Assembly (NCBI GenBank): GCA_034780895.1
Contig: JAUZTB010000127.1
Span: 21,349,115 to 21,413,114 of the forward strand
DNA length: 64,000 bases
DNA from: Rhynchobatus australiae
Taxonomy: Eukaryota
Direction: 5' to 3'
Shown here in pieces: positions 41,021 through 54,597 of the stretch; positions within the stretch are counted from its first letter, which is position 1, and every line of letters starts with the position of its first letter. A program made the position numbers and the translations under genes. Under the pieces are notes generated by a model. That model searched no databases. It had not been told where the DNA came from and was given only the letters and a program-made list of their open reading frames with translations.

Positions 41021-41439
41021 CAGAGCTAATCAGAAAATTAATTATTGACAAGGATTATGTCTTATTCTATTAACCTTTGTCAGGCCATTAAGCATTTCTA
41101 TTACCATAGCCACATATTTGTCTCATCACAAAACTTTAACTACACATCGATTTCATGAATTTTCCTTTCTTCCAAAATCTAGCACCTGGCTCGAGAGGTA
41201 ATCCTGAGGTGTAGGCTGGCACTTCAGCATAGTACTCAAAGAATTGCTGTCATTCAAATGAGAATTAAACCAATGCTCTATCATCCTTGGTGTCCTGGTT
41301 AATAATTATCACCCAATTAACACCACTAAAAACTAATCATTATCATTTTGCTGTACATGGGAGAGGCTGGATATGAACTGACTGCAACATTTCCTACAGC
41401 ACAACAGTCCCTGCACTTTACAAGTACAATATTCCCTAT

Positions 41440-41890
41440 AGCAGCTACCTAACAGAGGACTCTCTGATTTATAGGCTGTTCCTGGGGTCACATACCAAAA
41501 CAAACATCTACTTCTGCTGGAAGACTGGAAGATCAACAACTGGGTGAAAGATGCACTTTGGTCTATGGGAAACTTGATGGTATTGCAGTGCAGAGAGATG
41601 TTCGTAAGCAAAGCTGCCAGCTGGTGCATTTCCAGGGTGCAGGATTACATGTTGAGGGCTGCACTGTTGTGAAGGACCACAGTCTGGAGCCTTGCTGCCA
41701 CTGAACATCGAGGTGCTGGGTCCTGTGTAACAACCTCCCAAACACTTAAAGGGTTCATTGTTCAACATGAGTGGCATTGCTGCTTTGTATTAATTTGATG
41801 GCACAATGAATGTAAAGAAAGATGAACTGATTGCATTGTATTTCTTGCATTTATTTTTATGGATAAAGTATATTTTTGAAATTTTAAAAA
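41440..41890 (+). mobile_element. Tx1/L1-type LINE 3' remnant
   Basis: Degenerate LIY.LFPG.H..CW..INxVKDALWS..NL.V motif, then an A-rich end. Confidence 0.5.
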
Positions 41891-42198
41891 AACTCTTACC
41901 TTTTTAGATGTTGATGGGCATTGCAGTGTTTTAATCCCTTTGTTTTAGATTTCCATTTTGTACCTCTGATTCTCTAGTGCAGCTATAATTGAATTTTCCA
42001 AAGTTAAACTGTTTCATTTCTCCTTGTATCTTGGAAAAGTTTTCATTGTATTGCATTACATGATTTTTTTCAAATAGTTTTGTAACAATGTCTGTTGGAG
42101 AACCAATGGATATATCAATATCCAGATAATGAGCTTTTACACAGAGTATTTCAGTATGGAGAGAAAGATCAGATTTCATATTTTAAAAATACTCAATT

Positions 42199-42217
42199 TG
42201 TCCACTAGATGGCAAAG
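42199..42217 (+). promoter_or_regulatory. CTCF core motif
   Basis: TGTCCACTAGATGGCAAAG matches the CCACYAGRKGGC consensus. Confidence 0.6.
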
Positions 42218-43771
42218 TACAGCTGCAGTATATTCACATAACAGGTTGGAATTATTGTGAATGTCTGCAGTTTAGAAGATACTTTCCTTTAAAAGTTGGT
42301 ACTTTCACTTTTATTGATTTCAAAGTTATTTTCCTAACCAAAGTGTAAATTTTCAATATCGTGGTGAATTCTGTACCTCATGTCCAGTTTCCCACATGAG
42401 ACCAATATCCATTGCTTCCCTTTTAACATTGAATAGGCTCAATGACTGACAAATTTTCTTAAAATAACTGGAAACAGAAATATATCATAAAAAAACATAA
42501 ATTCTTAGAATCACCTCCACACAAGGATTGACCTGCGAAGTTACCTGAATCTCAGCTCCACTTCCCAAACTTGTGACCTCTTGTCGCCAAGGACAAGGCC
42601 AGCAGGTACATGGGAGGGAACGCCCCTATTTTCAGGTTCCCCTACAAGTCACACACCATCCTGTGTTGGAAATATATCACAGTTCCTTTATCATCAACTC
42701 TGAATCCTGAAACCCTGCTCAATAGATATTGAGATATTAAGGGAATAAAGGGATTTGGGGTAAGTAAAATAAATCATGATCTTATTGAGTCGTGGAGTTA
42801 TCACAAGGAGCCAAATGACCTACTCCTGCTACAATTTGTTATGTTCATAAAAGTACCTTGGTAGCACCTTCACCAGAAGGTCTGCAGCAGTTCAAGAAGT
42901 ACCTTCTCAAGGACAATTAGGAATGGCCCATAAATGCTGGCCTTGTGAGCCAGGCCCACATCCCAAATGTGAAGGCAAGTGTATAATTTTATTCAGCCAC
43001 ATTGTCTAAGGTGGTTCTTGCTGTCATGATGAATTATCCGTATATTGTTACCATTTTGAAGATCCATACCAGCAGAGAGAAAAAGCTTATGAGAATACGT
43101 GGCACAGGTTGCCTGAAGCATTGAAATATCTATCAATTCAGATAAAAGGTAAAAGGTTTCCTGTGCCAAATGAAAAGAGAGCCTTCCACTTGCATGGAAC
43201 TTTCCACATCATCAGGATGCCCAAAAGAATTTATGCATTCAATGAAGGCAGAGGGCTGCTAAGAGCCACCTGCATTGCATTGGGTCTGCAGTTAAGAATA
43301 AGCCAGACAAGTTAAGGAAAGCAGATTTTCCTCCTCGATGGATATTTGTGAACCAGAAGGAGGGTTTTACAACAATTTCAGTCGTTTCACAGTCGCCGGC
43401 TTCTTAACCCTAGATTCTTAACTGAATTTAAAATCCCTCCACAATGCAGAGAAGGAAGATTATGTAGTGCAGACAAGCAAAGACTTTCAGAAAGCCTCGT
43501 TGCTGGGTATCTCAGTGGTACTGTAAGGTAAGGCAGGCACACCCTCTTCCCTGGCTGACTGAAGGAAGAAGATTGCCAGTGAAACCAAGGAAGTAATACT
43601 GGAGGTTGCCGTCAGAAGCAGCCAGTGGACCTTAGTGTCAGTTTCTTGGATCCAGTGCCAAAGCTGTTTAACTACCTCAATAAATCAGAAAGGTTGAGCA
43701 GTGTAGCAAATTCATCCACATTCTGATGAACTCATCACTCTGACCTCCTTACTCTGTTATATTAAATCCAT

Positions 43772-44230
43772 TGATTAGATACGATTTCTTTATCAGTCAC
43801 ACGTAACATCGAAACACACAGTGAAATGCATCTTTTGCGAAGAGTGTTCTGGGGGCAGCCCGCAAGTGTCGCCACACTTCCGGCGTCAACACAGCATGCC
43901 CACAACTTCCTAACCCGTACGTCTTTGGAATGTGGGAGGAAACCAGAGCACCCGGAGGAAACCNNNNNNNNNNNNNNNNNNNNNNNNNNNNNNNNNNNNN
44001 NNNNNNNNNNNNNNNNNNNNNNNNNNNNNNNNNNNNNNNNNNNNNNNNNNNNNNNNNNNNNNNTCCTAACCCGTACGTCTGTGGAATGTGGGAGGAAACC
44101 AGAGCACCCGGAGGAAACCCACGCAGACATGGGGAGAATCCACAAACTCCTTACAGACAGTGGCGGGAATTGAATTCAGGTCGCTGGCGCTGTAATAGTG
44201 TTACACTAATTGCTACACTACCATGGCTGC
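43772..44230 (-). mobile_element. Young tRNA-derived V-SINE (HE1-related) with distinct 3' tail
   Basis: tRNA-like head (reverse complement gtagcaattagtgtaacactattacagcgccagcgacctgaattcaattcc) and V-core gggtttcctccgggtgctctggtttcctcccaca. Confidence 0.85.
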
Positions 44231-44944
44231 CCAAAAAATATGCACGTGAGATGTGTCATTCTCCACATATTATCACTTTGTGGGTAAACCCATCCCTTTC
44301 TTCTGTACACTGCCATCTGTCCAGTAACCAAGAATATTGGACCTCATCTATATACAACGTTATCCCCTCCCTTTGCATTACTATACATTACATGTGATGA
44401 CTCTGGTCTCCTTTCCTTTCTTCCAGAAGAGAGTACAGACCACCTGCAAGAGGCAGAGAATCAAAAGTGCTCCTCCACAGGTGTTAGAAGTTTCAGAGAA
44501 GGCCTGAAGAATAATGGTGGTATCTGAGTGCCTGGTCATCAGAGACAAAGAGATGGGGGCTCACTGCCATCTGATAGATGCTAATGGGGGAATCTTCAAG
44601 TTTGCTGCCTGGCTTTGGGCTATGTGGTATCCTGGGCACCACTAGGAAATTGATTCCCACCACACATGGTATGGCAAAATGCAGTGCAGGGCCTATACCA
44701 GTACAAGTAACCACCTGCACCTACACAAAGGCCTTGACAGGCTTTGAAGGCCTGGGCCCTGTCCCCACTAATCCTCCCGCTCACTGACTATCAAAGCTTT
44801 CACTAAGATTGAACATTTGTGACTCTGTCAAATACAGTGGGAACTATTCTTTAAAAAAAGTAAATACATTTAAATTAATGATTTTTTTTTCTAAAATATG
44901 GTACTAAACACTCAAAATTAAAATGATGACATTCATTTAAATTA

Positions 44945-45285
44945 ATAAGGTATATAAAATCAAGAGAGGCATAGATAAGGTAAATAGCCATTGTCTGTTT
45001 CCCATGTTAGGGGTGTCTAAAACTAGAGGACATTGGTTTAAGGTGAGAGGAAGGAGGTTTAAAGAAGATCTGAAGGTTTACTTTTCTCACTAAGAGTAAT
45101 TGGTATCTGAAATGAGCTGCCACAGGAGGTGCAACAACATTTAAGAGGCACCTGGATGGTACTTGAATGAACAAGGCAAAGAGGGATATAGAATTAATGC
45201 AGGCAAGTGGGATTAGTATAGATGGGCATGATGGTCAGTATTGACAGGCCAAAGGACCTGTTTCTATGCTGTACAACTCTATGGC
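44945..45285 (+). mobile_element. CR1-type LINE 3' end
   Basis: VYKI.RGID..KTRGH.FKV plus the shared 3'UTR. Confidence 0.85.
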
Positions 45286-47149
45286 TCTTAAGAAATCAAA
45301 TAAATGGCAACTGTTTCTCTGATTTATTTCAATGGGGCGGCTGTTCTTTTATCAGGTTTAGCTTCCACAGTTTGGAAACTAAACTGCATAGTTTACAAAT
45401 GTAGCTCCAATGCTGGCTCTCACTGCCAGTTCTGTGAACAAACCTTTCCAAATGTAACTCAACTAAGCGCCTGTCAATCTTTGCCTGCCAACCCTTCAAG
45501 GCTACTATACTCTCTCCTTGCTCTCTATGGCAAGCTTCAGGAAGTTCAGGAAATTTGTGAACATTCAGCTATTTTTTTACTAACTTGAACTTGGCTGTTT
45601 CGATTGGGTTGTTTGCTGTAAGCTGACACACAAGTGTTGAATATGGAAATCATTGGACTGACAGCAACTTCCCAAACATTGTCAGTTTTAGCGCACTTAA
45701 ACTCCCATCTGCTCCCAAACCCAGCCTCTCCTCAGGATTATGTTATGTTCCATAAATATCTGTTGTTTATTTGATGTATATTCCTCATGTATAAATTCAC
45801 CTTGTACTCAACCTCACGCTGTTCTTCACAAAGGGCATGTTGAATGCACAGTCCACAAGCTCACCTTGCCTGTTCTTTGCCTTCATCAATGAACACTGGA
45901 TTTCTGCTCAGGTTGGGCATCCAAATTTCCAGACTTCTCTGGGATCATTTCATCCCCAGAGATGAACATGACAAGGTTCAGCTGCTGCACGTGAAATATG
46001 CTATTCAGTTGCTTAAGATTTAAGCTAACTTTATCCATCCAATACCCAATCACTGTTGTTAATTTGCAACGATCCTGCTGTAGGTAATTTTGCTACATGT
46101 AATCTTGACTAAAAATTCTAGCCTGCACTGTAGTCCATTTCTCCACCACTCTGGGAACTGATGGGAATCTTCAACTTTACCTCAGTTTTATATCCACTGA
46201 CTGACCTTCATATCCAAACCCATTCTATTTCCTCATTTTTAATTGTTTACCCCTCTCCTGCCATCTTATCTGTTTTTGTTTCTAATTCCTTTGCCCTTTC
46301 AAATCCTTTTCCTAACACTTCAGCATTCCTCAGACTTACTGAACTAGCAGCCCCACCCCCCCACCACCACCCCTCTTGGATAAGCCTGAAGCTTCCCTTT
46401 GTACCAATCCTCATAACCTTCAAAAGACCCATCAAAATACACACCCAACTCCACCCATCTCCAGCTCCTCTTGGTAAACCAAGCATTTGTTACCTTCAGA
46501 CTTCATTACTCCAATGCTCTCTTGACCAATCAGTGTTTGCTATACAGATATTTATTTCGCTAATCTTTCGTATTAGTTATATATTACACCTAGTAAGTGG
46601 TTCTCAGGTATATAAAGAATAAAGGTTTATCATCAGTAAAGGAAATCCCGGTGGTCAAAGTATGGAACTCGTAGCAGAGCTTCTGTACTTAGATGATCAT
46701 ATAATTTATTGTTGTTTCTGAGTTTTGGCATTTGTAGCTATTTATTTTCATCTTACAAGACAAATGGGATGTAATTATGCAAACACCATGTAATATGCAA
46801 CATAGAATAATAATAAAAAGCAATTTTTATTGGAACAATAAACCTCTCGGAGCTGAAAATGTTATCAGTATTTGAGTGACAGTGATTGTTGGGAGACAGG
46901 GCAGGACAAATAATTATTTTGTGAAAAATGATAAGTATTGATAACCAAATGCTATGAGATGGGATAGCACATGGCAGCAAAAACATGTATTGACTCCATC
47001 TACTGTGCTCTGATTCCAAGTGCAAGGCTACACAGAGATACATATGAAAGTCAGAGGGAAGAATAATACCACTATTTTACCTCCTTGTGGCCATTCACTT
47101 ACTCTGTAGATGACCAACCCGATAATTTAGCCAGTCATAAGTCCAAAAA

Positions 47150-49215
47150 CTTCCCAATTAATAATATTAAGGGACTATAGGTAGGAAAGAGCTTAATCAA
47201 TCTCATTATTAGTCCCCTTGACCTGATGACCTGCGTCGTAGGGTCTTAAATGAAGTTGTAGAAGAGATAATGTGTTCTTATCTATCAAGATACCCCAGAT
47301 TCAAGTAAGGTTCCAGAGGACTGGACAACCAGAAATGGAACACAACTATTCAAGAAAGGAACGAGACCGAAATCAGCAAGCGACAAGCCAGTTAACCTAA
47401 TATCTGACATTAGGAACACGCTGAATCCATTCTTTAGGAAGTGACAGCAAAATATTTAGAAAATCATTTAAAAAATCAAGCAGAGACAGCTTGATATTTC
47501 CTACAGTATTTTGAGGTTGTGAAAAAACAGGGTGATTAAAGGTAAATCAGTGCAAGCAGCACATTTAGATTTCCGGAAGGCATTTGATGACATGCTACAT
47601 AAAAGGTTATGGCACAAGAGTACTCAGAATTGCTGTAGTATATTGGCATAGATAGGGAATTGGCTAACTAACAGAGATGGAAGGAATGGGTTGTTTGGAT
47701 TGGCCATTTGTAATTAGTTGGATGCCACAGGGACTCATGCTGGGGCTTTAGTGATTTACATTCTAACAAGGATAAGGGGATTGAGTGTACTGAATGATAT
47801 AAAGATAACTGAATTAGCAGCTTGTGAGGAAGATGCAGGAGCCTGCATAGGGATAGAGGTAGATTAAATAAGTGGACAAGAAGTTGGCGGATAGAGTATG
47901 AAAATATGAGGTTATCCACTTTGAAAGGAAGAGTAAAAAAGCAAATTATTATTTAAACAGGGTGAGATTACAAAAATATTGTAATAGAACAGGATCTGGA
48001 AGTACTAGCACTGTACAAGGCATGCAAGCACAGCAGATAATTTGGAAGGATGATGGAATGTTGGCCTTTATTGCAAAAAATACAGAATATAAAAGGAGGG
48101 AAACTTCAATGCAACATTATAGGTCACTGATGATATGCACCTAGAGTACTTCTATTCTCCATATTTAAGGAAGTATATATGTGCTTTGGAGGGTTCTCCA
48201 GGTTTGCTCCCGGGATGAAGATGTTGCCTCCCGGGATGAAGATGTTGCCGTGTGAAGAAAGGTTGGGTCTACATTTATTGAAACATACAAAAAAAAACTG
48301 CAGATGCTAGAAATCTGAAAGAGAAACAGAAAATTCTGGAAAAAGCCAGCAGAAAACAGAAAATTCTGGAAAAAGGCCATATCTGTGGAAAGAGACACAG
48401 TCAATGTTTTGGGTCTGTGACCCTTTGGTATTGGTATTGGTTTATTATTGTCACTTATACCGAGGTACAAGCTCACTGGGAAAGAGAGAATTGCAAGTTA
48501 GTTTTCAGCAGGAGAGAAGGTGGAGTAGGGACGTGTGAAACAAATAGAGTGTCTGTGATAGGATGAATCAAAGTGGCTTAATGGCAGCAGTTATCACCAC
48601 ATTAAGCTTCTAAGTCCATGTAGTGAGATGTTATTGGTAAGGTGGTGGGCCCTGCGCTGCAGGCTTATGTGTGTAGGATAAGAACAACTGAACCAACAGA
48701 AAATGGAAAAGGTTGGAAAAGGTGAGGGCAGCATCTGTGGAAAGAGAAACAGTTAATGTGTCAGGTGAAGAACCTTCATCAGACCAGAGAAAGAGAGAAA
48801 TAAGTTATTATGTGTAGCAGCGAAATGTGGCTAAAACAAACCACCTTGACAATCCCCCTCAGAACAAAGGTTGGCAGGGTGAATGCTGAGAGGATGTTTC
48901 CTCTGGAAGCTATCTAGAACTACAGGGCATAGTTTCAGAAGAAGACAAAGAGAAATTTCTTTTCTGAGTGTGTTGTGAATCTTTGGGATTCTCTACTCCA
49001 GAGNNNNNNNNNNNNNAGAGGTGGAGTCATTGAATGTATTCAGGACAAATATTGGCAGATATTTGATCTCAAAAGGAGTCAAGGGGAGAGTGTGGGAAAG
49101 TAGCGTTGGGGAGAGAACAGGAAAGTTGGTCAAGATTGGATCAGCCGTAACTTTATTGAATGGTGGAGCAGGCTCAAGTGGCTGATTGGCTACTCCACCT
49201 GTTTCTTATGTTCAT
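47150..49215 (+). mobile_element. Decayed CR1-type LINE interrupted by Penelope-associated and Rex-tail insertions (~48295-48830)
   Basis: P.DW..ANVT.LFKKG, LDFRKAFD, VPQG motifs. The CR1 3' end resumes at ~48870. Confidence 0.75.
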
Positions 49216-52200
49216 GAGCCAGGAACACAGCTGATTATTAAAACAGAAGAAAATTCATAACTGCAAAAACAGCAGAGCTTTTTTTGCCATTATTGGAACT
49301 CTCATAATCTAGGATAAAATAGCAGCATACATTTTAAAACCAAGAATGCAGTGAGATACAAATAGGGCCTCGAGAAGGGCAGAAAAGGCTACGCACCTTC
49401 CTGAGACAAAGGAACACAAAAAGCAAGGAGGAGGTAAAAGCCATAATCTGATATGAAGATAAGGCATGTGGCTCAAATGTCTCATTTTGTTATAAATACC
49501 AGGTATTGGAGAGCATATCGAGGGCAGCATCTGCTAGGACATATGCTCCAGCAAGTACATATTACGCTATTGGATCATTAGTGGCTTTATAGTCAGCAGA
49601 TGGTCAAATATTCAGTCAATGAATACAGCTATACTTGAACCAAGACACTGAAAAAAACAAGGAGAGACTTCCAACCATGAATACAAACTAATGTAACACA
49701 AATGTTTTAATACCAAAAAATGAAAACTTGTGTCTTTGAGATCAGAATAAAATATATTCTCATTTCAATATAAATGCTTGCAAAGATTTACTGCTATCCC
49801 TTATGTGCACATACGAATGGTTGCAAAACACAAATGACGTAAATATTTACCAGAAATTTGAGGCTCAATTCAGAAAATGGTGCTGAGAATCACAATGTTC
49901 TTTACTATTCTTTAACTATACATGTAAGCATGAGGGCAATATTATGTGTGGCTCGGACAAGTTACAGCTAACATCTATTACTGGGAGCTAATTTGCACTT
50001 TTAGGGGCGAGGCATTGATGCCACAGTATGTGGCAGATTTCAGTGAGGACATCCTTAGTGAAGTCTAGGCTTTTCACACATTGTGCCCATTAAGGTTCAG
50101 TAGAAGGATTGCTCCCTGAATGCATTGGGCAAATTTGGTATCCCATGAAGGGCTTTCTCATCACCTTCCTCTTCCAGCAGCTTGTTGATTTTTCCAGCTA
50201 TGCTGTACAAGGAGAATGGCTAATGTTGCACCCATGTCTGGGAACAACTGGTTTCTACAAAGCCTGTAGTCACAGATTCAAGCCTTTCAGCACCTGTCAC
50301 ATCACTCAATTACTGCAATTTAAATCATCTGAAGAAAGCAGCATTTATGGAACCATTGTAACAAATGGAATTCAACCTACCACTAACAAGCAGTTCATGA
50401 TATTTTTAAGTGACATTGGCAGGGAATCTTTTCTGTTGCTTAGTATGTATACACCTGTGGGTGTTTAACAGAGGAAATTATACTGGAACATTAAATCCAA
50501 TGAACGCTAACTGATGTCTTAATCTGGTTACATTGTACATCTCTGGTGACTGTTCAATCTGCAAGTGCTAGTACCCTCACCGGTGTGGAATCTGACATAA
50601 CTTGCATCACAAGTGTACACAAATACTGCTTATACCATTGTGGTCCTCTTGGGTCTCTTGTAGAGATGAAAAACATGCTACCTACTCCAGTTTATCCCTA
50701 ACGTACAGTATATTACAGCAGCAAAGAAACTAATAAATGTCAACAGAACAAATAAGTACAAATTTCTAAAGGACTATTGTTATGTGCCCCTTTCAGGTTT
50801 CAACTATTATAATACTTTTGGATATCTTTTAAATATAAGAATACAAGAAAATAGGAGCAGGAATGGGCCAAGCAGGAATAACAACTAGCAGTATGCAATT
50901 ATGTTTAAAGATATTTATTTTTTTTAACTCTTTGTTTTTTCTGTTCCTCCAAAAGTTACCAACATAAAGCATTCTTTTATTTCCATTGCTTTGACTGTTC
51001 TCCAAAATGAATCTTTATTGTCCCAAGTAACTACGTTGACCATTATGACATGAATTTGAGAAGGTAAGCTGAGGAGAACAACTTCTTTATTGGATCTTTT
51101 TTGATTTGCTTGCAAAATTTAAAGAATAGAATGGTTGGCATGGATCATAATCCTCATTAAGTGTTCTTAAATAGTAATGAAGAAATTCTAATCTAAAGTA
51201 AACCGATTTAAAGAATGAATTTAGCACTCAGAGACCAAATGTGTAAGGTTAGAAACCTGTGTGAGGATGCCTTCAATCCAGACTCAAACTACATTGATTG
51301 TAATCCAAAATAAGGAAATCCAGATTACATGAGGTTAGCAGAACCTGTAGTCTACAATTTGAAAATAAAGGGCTCTTCCATAATTTGAATGTTGAAACCA
51401 TTTTCCACACAGCTTTCACAACTCTTTGTTAAATAGCACCAGCCAATTATCCAGTTCAAAAGGTAATTTGTAATAACAAAGACTAAATCAGTGACCCTAT
51501 CTATCTGCAAAGTCAAGGAGATAAAAGAATTGCTATTACCTCTTCCAAAGCTTGCCTATGTAAGTAGAAGGAATACATACATGAAAATGACTATCCCAGA
51601 ATAACTTCAGGAACTCTACTCTGTTGTTGGTAAAACTCAAGAGTTATAAATGGCACACTATTTTCCTTAAGAAAAGGGAAACAAAATCAAAACAGTTAGT
51701 GCAAAGTGAACTCTCCAAATAGTTTACTAATTTTGTGCAAAATGAACCACTCACCTGCAGGCAAATTTAATGTGTAAGATTACAGTTACTTTCAAGCCCT
51801 GACCACAATTAGCTCGGGTAGAGGGAAGGAGGCATCAAGTGACTTTGCTAAAGAGCAGGGAATGTTAATCCATGGTTTGTTTAGGCTCATTCCACTGTGT
51901 AAATTAGTCAAATGTTTCATTTCAAATCATAACATCCATTCATAATCTCCTCATACCATGCTGTGGACTTGTTCAACAGTGACATTGGATTTCAAGGCTA
52001 TATTGTAGAAAATAAAATCTCAGTTGAAGATCTAAGTAAAATTCATACATATAAAGAAATTTTTTTCACAATTATTGCATTGAAACTCATTCCTAGATGA
52101 GTTATTTAATCTGTGTTTGAAAGTATAGCATTTAAGGCTACAAACNNNNNNNNNNNNNNNNNNNNNNNNNNNNNNNNNNNTAATAGTGGAGGGTTTAAAT

Positions 52201-52289
52201 TTCAAACTGTTCCACTTGGTTCCAATGTTGTATTCTTCAGTTAATAATGATCCTGTTAAAGACAAGCAGGGAATCATTTAGCAATAATT

Positions 52290-52930
52290 TGCCTTTCTAT
52301 AACACATTTGAAGTAGCAAAACATCACAAAGTACTTTAAAAAATGAAGGGCATTCGTCTCCATACGGAAATAATTACAGGAGGTGACCAGGAGCTTGGAC
52401 TTTAAAGAATATCCTAAAGGTGGAAAAAGACACAGAGAAATGGAAAGGAAAATCCAAAGCTTAGGGGTAAGAATCAAATGCAAGATTGTCAAAAGTGGAG
52501 TGATAAAAATCAGTGACGTGCTGGAGGCCATATCTGGTACATCCTATTAAGGGTAGTAGGCCTGGTGGAGGTTTCATAGATGGGAAAAAGAGAGGCTTTG
52601 AAGACAATGATGAGAATTTTAAAACTGAATTTTGCTGAACCAGGACCCAATACAAATTGCCAAGCATGGGAATGGTGAATGATAGACTTGATGCACCTTA
52701 GGACAAGGGCAGTAAACTTTTGAATCAGCTCAAATTTTCCAGAGGCTGTAAGGTGGGTGGATGGACAGTAGAGAAGTGGAATAGTCATGTACAGAATTAA
52801 CAAAGAGGTGAACTGAGGCAGGGATGAGATGCTGACAAGTGATGAGACACATCAAAGTAGAAGAGAGGTGGGAATCATCACTATATGTGTGGAATCTGCC
52901 ACGTTCCTGGATGATGTCACCAACAATGAA
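52290..52930 (-). mobile_element. L2-type LINE remnant
   Basis: Degenerate YSDDSHL, LVQQ..KF.IL..VFK.L motifs, and an L2-like tail at ~52300-52345. Confidence 0.5.
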
Positions 52931-53634
52931 ACAGAAAGATCCTATTTGCATTCAAAAGTAGTAGGTTGATTCCAAAATCACTACATAATGAAAATGCATT
53001 TGAACAAAGTCATATTTTCATGTTCTGAGAAGTATCTATTAATTATATTTTTATAGTAAGTTAGCTGCAACTTTTGGTGAAACTACTTTGTAAAATAAAT
53101 ATTCATACATCATTTTAAAATATTTGCTAATTAGCTTGATTTAAATTTAAACCATTTTGTATGATTTAGAAGGATCCATAATTCTCCAAACCATATTGCA
53201 ATGCATTTGATCATGTACTAGTTTTTTTTAATTATTGCTCTCTATCCTCTTTAAACACCGATTGTGTAATAACAATTATGTTTCTTAACTGTGCCTACTC
53301 AATAACTCAAAATACCATGAAATTCAATTTTACGCCTATTTGACTCATCTGATTTGAGCACAAATCAGAAGAGTTGATAAAGCCCTTTGGCCAAGTGTGA
53401 AGGCCAGTTTTGCAGCTGTGACATGGAGATTTAATAGCTGAATTTACAGGAACAGCACTTGAAAATTCCCTGGCAAGCAAACCATTAAGCTAAAGCCTAT
53501 CTTCCGTCCCTCTGATTTGCTTTCTTCAACACTCTCTGGTTGCTGGGTGCTAAAACAAACCAAAGCTCTGTTTACAAAGTCTACTATTACGATACTCCCA
53601 CCAAATATTTGTCAAAAGTCAGTCCATGCAAAAC

Positions 53635-53727
53635 TATAAATGCATTAATCACAGGTGTGGAACTGCTATTAAGGCAGGGTAGCTCTTTGGTGTGCTTTTC
53701 CAGTGTGACTGTATAATTCAGGTAAGA
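53635..53727 (+). promoter_or_regulatory. TATA box and putative non-coding exon 1 of PERCC1
   Basis: TATAAA at 53635-53640 and donor CAG|GTAAGA at 53721/53722, just upstream of the gap that holds the CDS start. Confidence 0.55.
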
Positions 53728-54597
53728 GCTATTACCTCTTTACCATTTTTGTAAAAGATCTCCTGAACCATTAAACAAAAGTAAAGCTCTCANNNNNNNN
53801 NNNNNNNNNNNNNNNNNNNNNNNNNNNNNNNNNNNNNNNNNNNNNNNNNNNNNNNNNNNNNNNNNNNNNNNNNNNNNNNNNNNNNNNNNNNNNNNNNNNN
53901 NNNNNNNNNNNNNNNNNNNNNNNNNNNNNNNNNNNNNNNNNNNNNNNNNNNNNNNNNNNNNNNNNNNNNNNNNNNNNNNNNNNNNNNNNNNNNNNNNNNN
54001 NNNNNNNNNNNNNNNNNNNNNNNNNNNNNNNNNNNNNNNNNNNNNNNNNNNNNNNNNNNNNNNNNNNNNNNNNNNNNNNNNNNNNNNNNNNNNNNNNNNN
54101 NNNNNNNNNNNNNNNNNNNNNNNNNNNNNNNNNNNNNNNNNNNNNNNNNNNNNNNNNNNNNNNNNNNNNNNNNNNNNNNNNNNNNNNNNNNNNNNNNNNN
54201 NNNNNNNNNNNNNNNNNNNNNNNNNNNNNNNNNNNNNNNNNNNNNNNNNNNNNNNNNNNNNNNNNNNNNNNNNNNNNNNNNNNNNNNNNNNNNNNNNNNN
54301 NNNNNNNNNNNNNNNNNNNNNNNNNNNNNNNNNNNNNNNNNNNNNNNNNNNNNNNNNNNNNNNNNNNNNNNNNNNNNNNNNNNNNNNNNNNNNNNNNNNN
54401 NNNNNNNNNNNNNNNNNNNNNNNNNNNNNNNNNNNNNNNNNNNNNNNNNNNNNNNNNNNNNNNNNNNNNNNNNNNNNNNNNNNNNNNNNNNNNNNNNNNN
54501 NNNNNNNNNNNNNNNNNNNNNNNNNNNNNNNNNNNNNNNNNNNNNNNNNNNNNNNNNNNNNNNNNNNNNNNNNNNNNNNNNNNNNNNNNNNNNNNNT

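Noticed and set aside
43907-44119. Duplicated SINE core across a 100-N gap
   Set aside because: Most likely a contig overlap artefact rather than a dimeric SINE.
48207-48248. Exact 21-bp tandem duplication (also short ones at ~48323-48374 and ~24372-24408)
   Set aside because: Two copies only, within or near decayed repeats; ordinary slippage, not an array or CRISPR.
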